The notes beneath the pieces were generated by a model. The model worked only from the letters and a program-made list of their open reading frames with translations, was not told the DNA's origin and searched no databases. Both the position numbers and the translations under genes were made by a program. A stretch of 64,000 nt of DNA from Bdellovibrionales bacterium (lineage in GTDB: Bacteria > Bdellovibrionota > Bdellovibrionia > Bdellovibrionales > UBA1609), in contig OZ241921.1 of the NCBI GenBank assembly GCA_965203935.1, positions 1,236,276 to 1,300,275 on the forward strand, given 5' to 3'. Positions 1 to 9,642 of the stretch are shown here, piece by piece. Position 1 is the stretch's first letter; each line of letters opens with the position of its first letter.

Positions 1-34
1 CTAAACCCGCAGGGTTTCTACCCGCAGGGTTTGT

Positions 35-457
35 TTATTCGAGGTTTTTGATTTCCTCCTCTATCAGTTTTTTATAGGCTGTGGCGTCTAATAAGTCGGC
101 CAAGTCTCCCTCCCGGCTCATTTCCACACGGATCAGCCAGCCCTTTCTCATGGGGTCGTCGCTAACCAGCCCGGGGGTTAAACTGCTGTTTACCTCCACA
201 ATTTCCCCGGACACAGGCAAATATAAGTCACTTACCTGCTTGTTGCTCTCAATCAGGCCAAAAACATGGTTTTTCTCAAAACTTTGCCCCTTCTTGGGCA
301 ATTTCCAGCTTACAATTTCTCCCAAGCGGTCTTGAGCGTAATGGGTGATGCCGATGGTTACTGTGTTTCTGTCGTCCAGCGAGATCCATTCATGTGTTTT
401 GGTGTAATAGTAATTGTCTGAAAAAACAATCAATCGTCTGGGGATTTCTTCTATCAT
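35..457 (-). CDS. gcvH: glycine cleavage system H protein
   Basis: 140-aa ORF. Lipoyl-lysine region GLIESNKQVSDLYLPVSGEIVEVN is typical of GcvH. AAGGAGG lies upstream of the ATG and the gene sits directly downstream of gcvT. Confidence 0.9.
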   Translation of the reverse strand: MIEEIPRRLIVFSDNYYYTKTHEWISLDDRNTVTIGITHYAQDRLGEIVSWKLPKKGQSFEKNHVFGLIESNKQVSDLYLPVSGEIVEVNSSLTPGLVSDDPMRKGWLIRVEMSREGDLADLLDATAYKKLIEEEIKNLE

Positions 458-550
458 TTTTTCCTCCTTAAAATTCTAATCTTTATGCGGGCTTTGCCAA
501 GCCCGCAGGGCTTATTTATATTTGTCTCTTCAAATATTTGCAAGTAAAAG

Positions 551-1633
551 TTATTTATTGACTGATCTTTTTATAAAAGGTGTGGCGACAATTTCGGCGG
601 GAACAAGGTTGCCATGTATTTCCACCTGAATGCGCTGACAGGGGCGGGAATACTCTTTTGGCAGATAACCCAGCCCGATGATTTTATTTAAAGAAGGGGA
701 GCCTGCTCCGCCGGTGACTTCCCCTACAGGCTTATTTGCCACAAAAATGCGGTGGCCCTTTCGGGGCACGCCACTTGGGATCCGGAGCTGAAAGCCCACC
801 CATTTTTTTTTTACTTGTTTTTTAAGCAGGGATGAAGAGCCGATAAAAGGTTCCGGGTTTTTAACGGCAAAGCCAAGGCCTGCAGAATAAGGATCTGTGT
901 GTTCGTTTATATCCTGCCCGTATAAAGGGTATTTCATTTCCATTCGGAGGGTGTCTCGGGCGGCAAGCCCCACAGGCAGGCAAGAGTGTTTAGTGGTTAA
1001 AATTTTTCTCCATAAAAGGACCGCCACTGAAGGGGAGCTCAAGATTTCAAAACCCTTTTCCCCGGTATAGCCTGTGGCAGACACCATTACAAGTTCAGAT
1101 TCAAAACGGCGCCACTTAAAGTGATTTTTTTTGATACTCTCAGGCATATCGGAAAATACATCGCTTAACACAGCCCTTGAGGAGGGGCCTTGTAAAGCCA
1201 GCCGCGCCCTTAGATCACTTTCGTCTCTTAGAGTCGCGCCAAAAGAATTGTGGCGGTTCAGCCAGTTCAGATCTTTTTTAAGGCAGGAGGCATTAACACA
1301 AAGCAAATAATCCTCTTTTGATTTAAAACAATAAAGAATCAGATCGTCCAAAATCCCGCCACGCTCGTTGCATATCAGGCTGTATTGGCTTTGATTTTTC
1401 TGTAGGGAGGAGGCATCACTTGTCAGACATTTTTGCAAAAGCTGTAAAGCGCCCGGCCCCTGAACGCGAATGTCCCCCAAGTGGGATACATCAAAAAGCC
1501 CTGAGTGTTCTCTCACATTCAGGTGCTCCCGCGCGGGACTGCTGAATGTTAAAGGGAGCTTCCAGCCGTGAAAGTTTATAAACCGCGCTTTAAGCTGGCG
1601 ATGCTCTTCAATAAGCGGACTTTCTTTCAGCAT
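551..1633 (-). CDS. gcvT: aminomethyltransferase (glycine cleavage T protein)
   Basis: 360-aa ORF with GcvT-like N-terminus (FHGWKLPLTF...REHSGLFDVSHLG) and typical length, adjacent to gcvH. Confidence 0.9.
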   Translation of the reverse strand: MLKESPLIEEHRQLKARFINFHGWKLPLTFSSPAREHLNVREHSGLFDVSHLGDIRVQGPGALQLLQKCLTSDASSLQKNQSQYSLICNERGGILDDLILYCFKSKEDYLLCVNASCLKKDLNWLNRHNSFGATLRDESDLRARLALQGPSSRAVLSDVFSDMPESIKKNHFKWRRFESELVMVSATGYTGEKGFEILSSPSVAVLLWRKILTTKHSCLPVGLAARDTLRMEMKYPLYGQDINEHTDPYSAGLGFAVKNPEPFIGSSSLLKKQVKKKWVGFQLRIPSGVPRKGHRIFVANKPVGEVTGGAGSPSLNKIIGLGYLPKEYSRPCQRIQVEIHGNLVPAEIVATPFIKRSVNK

Positions 1634-1697
1634 AATGTGTTTGTCCTTAAAACGACTGCTTACAAATATATAATTTACAGGGTTTTTTCACACCCCG

Positions 1698-2561
1698 CTA
1701 TTTGCTCTTTTTTTCTTCAGCCCTGCAAGCCAGTTGAAAAGTATTTTCCAAAAGCATGGCCACTGTCATAGGCCCCACCCCTCCCGGCACCGGTGTGGCG
1801 TAAGAAACATGATCTTTTAATTCTTTGAAGCGAATATCCCCTTTGAGCTTTGTTTTTCCGCCTTCTCTTACCCGATGAATGCCCACATCCACCACAACCG
1901 CCCCTTTTTTTAGATCTTTTTTTCCTAAAAGCCCCGGCCTTCCCACAGCAGACACCACAATATCCGCCTGCCGGGTGAATTGAGAAAGTTTTTTCGTGTG
2001 AGAGTGGCAAAGGCTTACTGTCGCGTTGGCTTGCAAAAATATATGAGCTGTGGGCAGGCCCACGATCCGGCTTCGTCCCACCACCACCGCATTTTTGCCC
2101 TTAAGGGAAATATTATAACTTTCAAGAAGTTTCATAATCCCCAAAGGGGTGCAGGGCTTAACTTCGGCTTGATTGCAATAAAGCAAACCTTGATTAGTCA
2201 AGGTCAGGCCATCCACATCTTTTTGAGGATCAATCCAAGAAATAACTTGTTTCCAAGGAAATTTCGAAGGCAGGGGAAGCTGAACCAGCAAGGCATGAAC
2301 AGCCGGATCTTGATTTAAACTCTGTATCGTGTTTTTAAGGTTTTCAGCTGTTTCGGGAATGGACAATAAGCGGGAATCAATGCCCACCTCTTTTGCCGAC
2401 CTAAGTTTTTGCCGGACATAGATCTTACTTGCAGGGTTGTTTCCGATCAGGATCACCCTAAGTCCCGGCCTGATTTTGTGTTTCCTGATGAAGCCCGACA
2501 CTTTTTGTTTGAGATCCGCTTTTAGTTTTTGCGCTGTTAAAAGGCCGTCCAGAATTTTCAT
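1698..2561 (-). CDS. folD: bifunctional methylenetetrahydrofolate dehydrogenase/cyclohydrolase
   Basis: FolD motifs VVGRSRIVGLP and TPVPGGVGPMTVAMLLENT. The track ORF start (2657) lies inside a repeat element. The ATG at 2561 is preceded by GGAGAG and gives a typical 287-aa protein. Confidence 0.9.
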   Translation of the reverse strand: MKILDGLLTAQKLKADLKQKVSGFIRKHKIRPGLRVILIGNNPASKIYVRQKLRSAKEVGIDSRLLSIPETAENLKNTIQSLNQDPAVHALLVQLPLPSKFPWKQVISWIDPQKDVDGLTLTNQGLLYCNQAEVKPCTPLGIMKLLESYNISLKGKNAVVVGRSRIVGLPTAHIFLQANATVSLCHSHTKKLSQFTRQADIVVSAVGRPGLLGKKDLKKGAVVVDVGIHRVREGGKTKLKGDIRFKELKDHVSYATPVPGGVGPMTVAMLLENTFQLACRAEEKKSK

Positions 2562-2589
2562 TTTTCTCTCCATCAAGACTTCGTTGTTC

Positions 2590-3225
2590 GTGAAAAAGGC
2601 TACTAAACTGCCGGTCTCAAAAGCAAAGTCCAAGCTTATTCGGGCTGGAAGTCGCACAGGCGACTTCCAGTTTTACACTTGGCTCCTCTTCGCTTGGCTT
2701 TGCTTTTGAGACATAATTTACAAGGGTTTTGCACGGGCTACTAACTATTTGCGTTTTATGCGCTGTATCAAGGTTTTGGCAAATAAAAAAATATGAAGTT
2801 TTCTCACCAAACAACACTTAAAATCAGCTAAGCAGTCAGGAGTGAAAAACCCTTGTTCTTTAGCTGTTTTTGTCCAAAGTCCGCACCGTTTCGGGCTGAA
2901 AGCCCTACGGATAGGGCTTTCAGTTTTACGAACAAACAAAAAGAAACGAAAGGCCAAATCGTTGGCCTTTCGCCTCACGGCACGGACTTTGGACAAAAAT
3001 ACTTAAGGAGGTACTTTTTCACAGGCTACTAAGTAGTCGGGCGTGAAAAAGGCTACTAAACTGCCGGTCTCAAAAGCAAAGTCCAAGTTCATTCGGGCTG
3101 GAAGCCCTACGGATAGGGCTTCCAGTTTTACACTTGGACCCTCTTCGCTTGGCTTTGCTTTTGAGACATAATTTACAAGGGTTTTGCTTATGCCACAAAT
3201 AACAAGACTTTTTCACGCCCGGCCA
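2590..3225. repeat. mosaic palindromic intergenic repeat array (three modules: 2590-2745, 2842-3022, 3043-3216)
   Basis: Each module is bounded by GTGAAAAA...TTTTTCAC and contains long inverted arms (TCTCAAAAGCAAAG.../...CTTTGCTTTTGAGA, or TTTTTGTCCAAAGTCCG.../...CGGACTTTGGACAAAAA). Inner hairpins are CTGAAAGCCCTACGGATAGGGCTTTCAG and GAAAGGCCAAATCGTTGGCCTTTC. The same modules recur at 27.2, 32.9, 38.3, 48.5 and 60.5 kb. Confidence 0.85.
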
Positions 3226-3310
3226 AGCGGATTTATTTGACTCACAAAACAAGTGCTGTTATTTACAGATACAGGCCCGGTAAAATTCAAAGGCGGGCGG
3301 GAGAAAACTA

Positions 3311-3520
3311 ATGAAACAAAATCCATCTTTAAGCAAACAAGCAAAGTCCGGCGGAATACAAAAAAACAACAATATGAAATCGGCTGATTTATCTTTGATG
3401 AAAAAGACATTCAGAGAAAGCCCGGTTGTGGAAAAATTTTATAAAACCATTTATGAATACCGGCTTAGGGAAGAGACTTATAAAACCGCCATTAAAATTT
3501 ATTTGGATTTAAAAAAATAA
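3311..3520 (+). CDS. hypothetical small protein (69 aa)
   Basis: ORF only. It ends immediately before the aldehyde dehydrogenase ATG. No recognisable motif. Confidence 0.2.
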   Translation: MKQNPSLSKQAKSGGIQKNNNMKSADLSLMKKTFRESPVVEKFYKTIYEYRLREETYKTAIKIYLDLKK

Positions 3521-4888
3521 ATGTTCCCCTCTATCAATCCTTTTACAGAGGATCTGTTTGCTGAAACAGCCCCTCTTTCTGATACTAAGACACAGGAAAA
3601 ACTGTCGCTTTCCTATCAGGTTTTTACCGATTGGAGCAGGCTCAGTGTGGAGGAGCGGGCGAAGTATGTTCAAAAACTAATTCCCATATTGCAGAAGGAA
3701 AAACCCCGCCTGGCTTTACTTATTACAAGGGAGATGGGTAAACCCATACAGCAGTCGGAGGCGGAGATCGAAAAATGCGCCCGGCTTTGCCTTTATACCG
3801 CAGAGCAGGCTCCGCATATTTTAAAGGATCAAACACGCCTGCCCTCCGCGCCGGAAAATTCTTATATCACCTGTCAGGCTTTAGGCCCTGTTTTAGGCAT
3901 CATGCCTTGGAATTTCCCTTTTTGGCAGGTATTTCGTTTTGCCTTGCCTGCTTTGATCAGCGGAAATACAGCGCTGATAAAACCGGCGCCCAATGTAATG
4001 CTTTGTTCTGCAGAGTTGGAGCGGATATTTGTCTCCGCCGGGTTTCCCCTTGGGGTGTACTTGAATTTGCCCGTTTCTGTTACTCAAACAGAAAAAATTA
4101 TCACGGATAAGCGTATAAAGGGGGTATCCCTTACCGGAAGTGTAAAGGCCGGGCGGGCTGTAGCCGGCCTTGCCGGAAGGCACTTAAAAAAAACCGTGCT
4201 GGAGCTTGGGGGAAGTGACCCTTATCTGATTTTGGATTCAGCGGATTTACAGCTTTCCGCCAAAGAGTGCACCCTTTCCCGAATGAACAACAGCGGGCAG
4301 AGCTGTATTTCCGCAAAGCGCTGTATTGTGACAAAAAAAAATGCAGAAGAATTTGCTGTTCTTCTAAAAAAAGAAATGGCCGGGTATAAAATGGGGGATC
4401 CTTTGCTTAAGGCAACAAACTTAGGGCCTTTGGCGCGTAAAGATATAAGAGAGCGCCTTCACACTCAGACCCGTGCTCTGATTAAAAAAGGCGCGCAGGT
4501 TTTGATGGGTGGAGAGCCGCCTGCCTTTCGGGGATATTTTTATCCCCCCACTGTTTTGAGTGTGTCACATTCCGCCCCCGCTTTTGAGGAGGAATTATTT
4601 GGACCGGTGATTTTACTAATCACTGTGCCGGACGAAAAACAGGCCTTACAAACCGCCAATAACTCACCTTATGGCTTGGGGGCGGTGGTTTTCAGTCAGG
4701 ATCTGGAAAAAGCGGAAAAGTGGGCGCGCAGGGGCTTGGATGCCGGTTTTTGCGCGGTAAATCAAGCCCTGCACTCCCATCCGGCTCTTCCTTTCGGCGG
4801 CATTAAGGACTCAGGATACGGAAGAGAGCTGTCCGCTTATGGATTTTATGAGTTTTTGAATGTAAAAACTGTTTCCCTTCGGAGATAA
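3521..4888 (+). CDS. NAD(P)-dependent aldehyde dehydrogenase (succinate-semialdehyde dehydrogenase-like)
   Basis: 455-aa ORF with ALDH catalytic motifs LELGGSDP (Glu) and SGQSCISAKR (Cys), plus PWNFPFWQ near the N-terminus. Confidence 0.85.
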   Translation: MFPSINPFTEDLFAETAPLSDTKTQEKLSLSYQVFTDWSRLSVEERAKYVQKLIPILQKEKPRLALLITREMGKPIQQSEAEIEKCARLCLYTAEQAPHILKDQTRLPSAPENSYITCQALGPVLGIMPWNFPFWQVFRFALPALISGNTALIKPAPNVMLCSAELERIFVSAGFPLGVYLNLPVSVTQTEKIITDKRIKGVSLTGSVKAGRAVAGLAGRHLKKTVLELGGSDPYLILDSADLQLSAKECTLSRMNNSGQSCISAKRCIVTKKNAEEFAVLLKKEMAGYKMGDPLLKATNLGPLARKDIRERLHTQTRALIKKGAQVLMGGEPPAFRGYFYPPTVLSVSHSAPAFEEELFGPVILLITVPDEKQALQTANNSPYGLGAVVFSQDLEKAEKWARRGLDAGFCAVNQALHSHPALPFGGIKDSGYGRELSAYGFYEFLNVKTVSLRR

Positions 4889-4958
4889 AAGTGTATATTT
4901 TTACTTTTCGCGGAACATGCCCATTCAAAAATAAAGAGGTGGAACCTGAGGTTTTAAA

Positions 4959-5777
4959 ATGAGCGCGAAATTTTTTAAAAAACCTTTACTGGTCAGCATT
5001 CCCCACGCGGGGGAAAAAACTGTGGAAGAGTGCCGGTGGCTTAAAGGGCTGGATGAAGTAACCTTAATGTATGATGTGGATCGTTTTATAGATCGTATGT
5101 ACCAGCCTGTTTTAGAGCGGTATAATATACCAAAAGTGGTGGCTGTTTATCATCGTTATGTGGTGGACTGCAACCGTTATCCTTCGGATGTGGACTGTGA
5201 TTCCGTGGAGGGAAGTAAAAACCCCTCCGGTTCCCACCCTACGGGCCTGCACTGGAGAAAAACAACCGCCGGCCGGGTTTTAATTCCAAAACCTATCCCC
5301 CGCGCTTTACATAAAAGCCTTATTGAAAAATATTATAAAGGTTTTTTTGCGAAAATTGACTCTTTGTATGAAAAATTTAAAAATGAAAAATGTATGTATC
5401 ACCTGGATCTGCACAGTATGCCTTCACGCGGAACAAAAGCTCACAGGGATCCGGGGGGGAAAAGGCCGGATATTGTTATAGGAAATGAAATGTACCGGAC
5501 GGCAGGCCCTGAATGGACAAATCAGGTAATGGATGCTTATCTCAAGAAGGGGTTTACAGTGAGTGTAAATGATCCATACACAGGAGGCACCATCGTGGAA
5601 AAATACGGCCTGCGGGATAAAAACCGGCAGGCTCTGATGATTGAGCTTAACCGCAAACTGTACATGGATGAAAACAGTAAGCAATTTTTGCCGGAAAAAG
5701 CAGAGCAGGTTAAACAAAAACTTAAAGCGGTTGTTTCTGAAATTTACAACAACCTTCCTGATACGGCCGGTTCTTGA
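4959..5777 (+). CDS. N-formylglutamate amidohydrolase family protein
   Basis: 272-aa ORF with family hallmarks SIPHAG, VVDCNR, LDLHSMPSRG and a PYTGG-containing C-terminal part. Confidence 0.7.
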   Translation: MSAKFFKKPLLVSIPHAGEKTVEECRWLKGLDEVTLMYDVDRFIDRMYQPVLERYNIPKVVAVYHRYVVDCNRYPSDVDCDSVEGSKNPSGSHPTGLHWRKTTAGRVLIPKPIPRALHKSLIEKYYKGFFAKIDSLYEKFKNEKCMYHLDLHSMPSRGTKAHRDPGGKRPDIVIGNEMYRTAGPEWTNQVMDAYLKKGFTVSVNDPYTGGTIVEKYGLRDKNRQALMIELNRKLYMDENSKQFLPEKAEQVKQKLKAVVSEIYNNLPDTAGS

Positions 5778-7255
5778 AAGCTTTAATATATATCTATAAA
5801 TTTTTTTGCTCCCTTAAGATGGCGGTTTTTACTTTGTCCGCCCTCCTTCTTTTGTTTACTGTCGGCACTTTTTACGAGTCCGCTCAAGGTCGGCAGGCCG
5901 CACAAGAGATTATTTACCAATCGGTTTTTATGACTGTTTTAACAGCCCTTTTGGCTTTGAATATTATCGCAGTGATGATTGACCGTTACCCTTGGAAAAA
6001 AAAACATATCGGCTTTTTAATGGCGCATTTTGGCATACTGTTTGTTATTGCGGGGGCGCTGATGACCCGGCTTTATGGAGTGGACGGCCATTTGCGCCTT
6101 AAGATAGGTGAAACAGGCGCGCGTCTTATGACTTCATCTGTTTTATTTACGGTTTATTCCTCTTTTGACGGAAAAAATCTGACAGAGCTTTACAAAAAAA
6201 GACTTAAGTTTTTTAGTAAGCCCCCTGATCCAAAAAAACCTTTGAAGGTAAATTTGGGTTCTGAACTGTTAAAAATAAGTGATTTTTACCCTTTTGCCCT
6301 TGGGCGTGTGACATACCAAAGGGCGAAAAAAGGCGGGCCGGCCCTGCGTTTTCAAATAGAGGGAAGCCGGGCCGGAATGGTAAGATGGCTTTTTAAATCC
6401 CCTTGGACGGACAAAGCGGAGCTGGATTTAGGCCCGGCGCGGATTGTTCTTTTAAGCTCCTTGGCAAAAAACTTCAAAAACAGGGCTGTGGATCGTCCCA
6501 CTCTTTTTCTGGCGCCTGAAGGCGCGGGGCTTAAATATGAGCTGAGGCGGCCGGGTGCAAAAAAAGCCCCTTCAAAAAATGCAAGCAAGCTCTTAAAGCG
6601 CGAGGCTTTTGTCGGTAATAAAGAAGGATCTGAAGCTTCCGGTCAAAGTGTTGTATCCTCAAGCGGTTTTTTAAAAAAAGGTTCTGTTTTAAAAACCGGC
6701 TGGATGGATTTTCAGTTTCGCCTTTTGGAATATCTGCCAAAGGCCTTGCCTCATACGATTTTCACCCCTCAAAAAAAGCCGTCCGACAGGGCTGTTCCCG
6801 CTATTCAGGTGGAGTTTAAAGGTGAAAAAAAATGGATGGGGCTTAATTCGCGGATGTTTTTCTTTGATGAGAGCAAAGTGTATGTACCGGCTTATCTTAA
6901 TGAGAGTAAAAGCCTGGGTTTTTTTCTTAAGCTGAAGGATTTTAAGGTGATTCGCTACCCTTCTTCTTTTAAAGCCATGAGCTATGAAAGTCAGGTGACA
7001 GTGGGTGAAGAGGAATATAAAATTTCCATGAATCATCCTTTAAAAATTTCCGGCTATACGATTTATCAGGCCGGATTTGAAGAGGACGAAACAGGAAAAC
7101 CTGTGGCTTCTGTGTTTTCCATAAACAAAGATCCCGGAAGGTTTGTAAAATATTTCGGCTCTTTTTTGATAGTGCTTGGCTCTTTTATATTGTTTTTAAG
7201 AAGAAATTTGCGCGCCCGCCAAAAAACCAAGCGCTCTGCTGTACCCGTCAAATAA
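5774..7255 (+). CDS. cytochrome c biogenesis ResB/Ccs1-like membrane protein
   Basis: 493-aa ORF (TTG start). N-terminal TM helices, a large middle domain, C-terminal YQAGFEEDETG...SVFSINKDPG and a final TM helix resemble ResB. No ccsA neighbour. Confidence 0.6.
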   Translation: MKALIYIYKFFCSLKMAVFTLSALLLLFTVGTFYESAQGRQAAQEIIYQSVFMTVLTALLALNIIAVMIDRYPWKKKHIGFLMAHFGILFVIAGALMTRLYGVDGHLRLKIGETGARLMTSSVLFTVYSSFDGKNLTELYKKRLKFFSKPPDPKKPLKVNLGSELLKISDFYPFALGRVTYQRAKKGGPALRFQIEGSRAGMVRWLFKSPWTDKAELDLGPARIVLLSSLAKNFKNRAVDRPTLFLAPEGAGLKYELRRPGAKKAPSKNASKLLKREAFVGNKEGSEASGQSVVSSSGFLKKGSVLKTGWMDFQFRLLEYLPKALPHTIFTPQKKPSDRAVPAIQVEFKGEKKWMGLNSRMFFFDESKVYVPAYLNESKSLGFFLKLKDFKVIRYPSSFKAMSYESQVTVGEEEYKISMNHPLKISGYTIYQAGFEEDETGKPVASVFSINKDPGRFVKYFGSFLIVLGSFILFLRRNLRARQKTKRSAVPVK

Positions 7256-7315
7256 AAACCATATTTTTTTAAAAAATGTTGATTCTGTGTTTTTTATTTG
7301 ATATGCCCAAAGTCG

Positions 7316-7346
7316 AAAGAGGGCCTTTAAAGGCCCTCTTTTTTTA
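7316..7346 (+). terminator. intrinsic terminator after the ResB-like gene
   Basis: GC-rich hairpin AAGAGGGCCTT-TA-AAGGCCCTCTT followed by a T7 run. Confidence 0.75.
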
Positions 7347-7435
7347 ACTTGACGGATTTTTTATACGCCTTTCGAACATTAAGACTGAACTTAAACCTTA
7401 AAACAAGTTTTAACAGGCGCGCCCAAGGCTTTGAT

Positions 7436-8041
7436 ATGGATTTAAAAAGAAAGAAAAAACTGAGCACTCTCATCAGCACAGCCGGAAGGATAAACAATGT
7501 GCGGATTTACGATGTGGAGTTTAAAGCTCCTTTTTTAAAAATTTATATTGACAAACCGGGTCTGCCGGTGGATTTAAAAACTTGTGAAAAATTTATGAAA
7601 TCTTTGTTGTTTTTGTTGCGATCTGAAAATATGCCGGAGGGGGAATGTGAGGTATCCACCCCGGGTTTGGAAAGAAAACTGAAAAACAGCCGGCACTTTG
7701 CGACAGCGGTCGGGGAAAGGGTAAAAATTTACACCCGCCGGCCGGTTTTTTCTTACGATAAAAAGGCGGAAAAACAAAAACAAACAACAATATTAAGCGG
7801 ACAGCTTGAAAAATATCAAGAGGGTGTCATCAGTGTAAAAGACAGGGCGGTGGATTGGAAAGTCCCTTTGAATATTATTACAAAAGCTCATGTTGTTTTT
7901 ACAGGATCCGGCTCTTCAGCCCGTCGCGTTTTAGCCATTGAAGGCGGAAAAGCCGGTCGTTTAAATGGAAAGGTAAATATAAGAAAACAAAACAAAAAAG
8001 GAGTTAAGGGGTATGAGCACAATAACAAACGCTTTTTCTGA
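7436..8041 (+). CDS. rimP: ribosome maturation factor RimP
   Basis: EVSTPGLERKLKNSRHFATAVGERVKIY matches the RimP core. Conserved rimP-nusA-infB order. ATG 7436 is preferred over the track start at 7349. Confidence 0.8.
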   Translation: MDLKRKKKLSTLISTAGRINNVRIYDVEFKAPFLKIYIDKPGLPVDLKTCEKFMKSLLFLLRSENMPEGECEVSTPGLERKLKNSRHFATAVGERVKIYTRRPVFSYDKKAEKQKQTTILSGQLEKYQEGVISVKDRAVDWKVPLNIITKAHVVFTGSGSSARRVLAIEGGKAGRLNGKVNIRKQNKKGVKGYEHNNKRFF

Positions 8042-9545
8042 ATTTGGCAGGCTTATTGATCAAGTCAGCAAAGACAGAGGGCTGGACAAAAAAGTGGTGA
8101 TTGACTCCATTGTGCAGGGCCTGCTTTCCGTGGCCAGGAAGAAGTACGGGACTTATCGTGACATTGAAGTTAAATACAACGAAGAAGCCGGTCAGCTTGA
8201 GCTTTATGAGTTTAAAGAAGTGGTGGAGGATGACAAATTTGTGGATGAGCAGATTGAAATCAAATTCAGCTCCGCTTTAAAACTGGATCCGGAAGCGCAG
8301 GTGGGGGATCAAATAGGCTCGCCTTTGAAAATGGAGGCTTTAGGGAGGATTGACGCCTATACGGCCCGGCAAATTGTGGTGCAAAGTCTCAAGGACGCGG
8401 AAAATGAAATGGTTTTCAATGAGTTTGAAAAACGAAAAGGGGATATTGTTTCCGGAATTGTGCGCAGGGTGGATAGAGGAATGGTGGTCGTGGATCTGGA
8501 AAAAATAGAAGCTTATATCCCCAGAAGAGAGCAAATTTACGGAGAAAAATACAACCCCGGAGATCGCATTCAGGGTTATCTTTTAGAGGTTCGGCAAACC
8601 ACCCGCGGCCCTCAAATTATTATGTCCCGCGGGCATTCCCATTACCTGATAAAACTTTTTGAAAAAGAGGTCCCGGAAATTTACGAAGGCATAGTGAAAA
8701 TTGTTTCTGCGGCCAGAGAACCGGGCCAAAGAGCCAAGATCGCCGTATACAGCACAGACTCAGCGGTGCACCCCGTAGGGGCCTGTGTCGGCATGAAAGG
8801 CAGTCGTGTTCAGAATATCACCCAAGAGTTAAAAGGAGAAAGGATTGATGTCATTTTATGGGACGAAGATCCTGTGCGTTTTGTGTGTAACACATTAAGT
8901 CCGGCCAAAATATCCAAGGTGCTGGTGGATGAGGAAAACAAAGAGATGGAGGTGATTGTGGCCGATGATCAGCTGTCTTTGGCCATCGGAAAAAAGGGGC
9001 AAAATGTCCGGCTGGCTGTAAACCTTACGACTTGGAATTTGAATATTGTCTCTTTGACGGAATTTGAGGAAAAGAAAAAGCAGGCTGTTTTTAACTTAAA
9101 ACTTCTGCCGGAAGTTACAGAAACAATGGCGGAAAATATTTATCAATTCGGCATCAGCTCTTTTCAGGAGCTGTCAAAATCCTCTGCAGACAGGATTCGT
9201 CTCATCCCCGGATATGAAAAAAAAGAATTAGCGGAAAAACTGATTCAAAAAGCCAAAGATCTTCTGGAAAAATATAAAAAGGATGGTGTGGAAATACCTG
9301 TCGCCCCCTCTTCTCTTAAGCAGAAGAAAACCGCCGGAGGCGCGGGAGATGCCAAGGCGCAGGCTGACAGGCAGTTAAAAGAGGAACTGGCTCAGCTGGA
9401 GAGTGCGGATTCCTCTTCAGAGGCCGTAAAACAGGCCGATGCAACAAAGCAGGAGGAGCGACAGGAGGAACAGGAAAAACAGGAGCAAAAACCGTCTTCC
9501 GCTCCCTCACCGGCAAAACCGGCGGAGGAAACAAAGAAGAGTTAA
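8013..9545 (+). CDS. nusA: transcription termination/antitermination factor NusA
   Basis: 510-aa ORF with an S1 domain and two KH domains (GACVGMKGSRVQNI, LAIGKKGQNVRLA) and an acidic/Lys-rich C-terminal tail. Confidence 0.95.
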   Translation: MSTITNAFSEFGRLIDQVSKDRGLDKKVVIDSIVQGLLSVARKKYGTYRDIEVKYNEEAGQLELYEFKEVVEDDKFVDEQIEIKFSSALKLDPEAQVGDQIGSPLKMEALGRIDAYTARQIVVQSLKDAENEMVFNEFEKRKGDIVSGIVRRVDRGMVVVDLEKIEAYIPRREQIYGEKYNPGDRIQGYLLEVRQTTRGPQIIMSRGHSHYLIKLFEKEVPEIYEGIVKIVSAAREPGQRAKIAVYSTDSAVHPVGACVGMKGSRVQNITQELKGERIDVILWDEDPVRFVCNTLSPAKISKVLVDEENKEMEVIVADDQLSLAIGKKGQNVRLAVNLTTWNLNIVSLTEFEEKKKQAVFNLKLLPEVTETMAENIYQFGISSFQELSKSSADRIRLIPGYEKKELAEKLIQKAKDLLEKYKKDGVEIPVAPSSLKQKKTAGGAGDAKAQADRQLKEELAQLESADSSSEAVKQADATKQEERQEEQEKQEQKPSSAPSPAKPAEETKKS

Positions 9546-9642
9546 AACTTTACATTTTTATACCCTTTGTGTTTGAATTGTCAGAGGCTTAAGCGGGTGT
9601 TTTTTTAATCCGGGGTATAAAGATCCTTTTAGAGGTTTTTTT

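Noticed and set aside
1-34. Two copies of the small palindrome ACCCGCAGGGT downstream of gcvH, a possible terminator
   Set aside because: It is cut by the window edge, and no T-run is visible on the relevant strand within the window, so it cannot be evaluated.
1634-1697. Expected glycine riboswitch upstream of gcvT (and of gcvP at 59431-59485)
   Set aside because: Both spacers are only about 55-65 nt, too short for a glycine riboswitch aptamer. gcvT appears co-transcribed with folD.
2617-3410. Several 60-83-aa ORFs (2617-2817, 2745-2996, 3070-3252, 3213-3410)
   Set aside because: They lie entirely within palindromic repeat modules that recur in both orientations in non-coding contexts. Their peptide similarity simply mirrors the DNA repeats.
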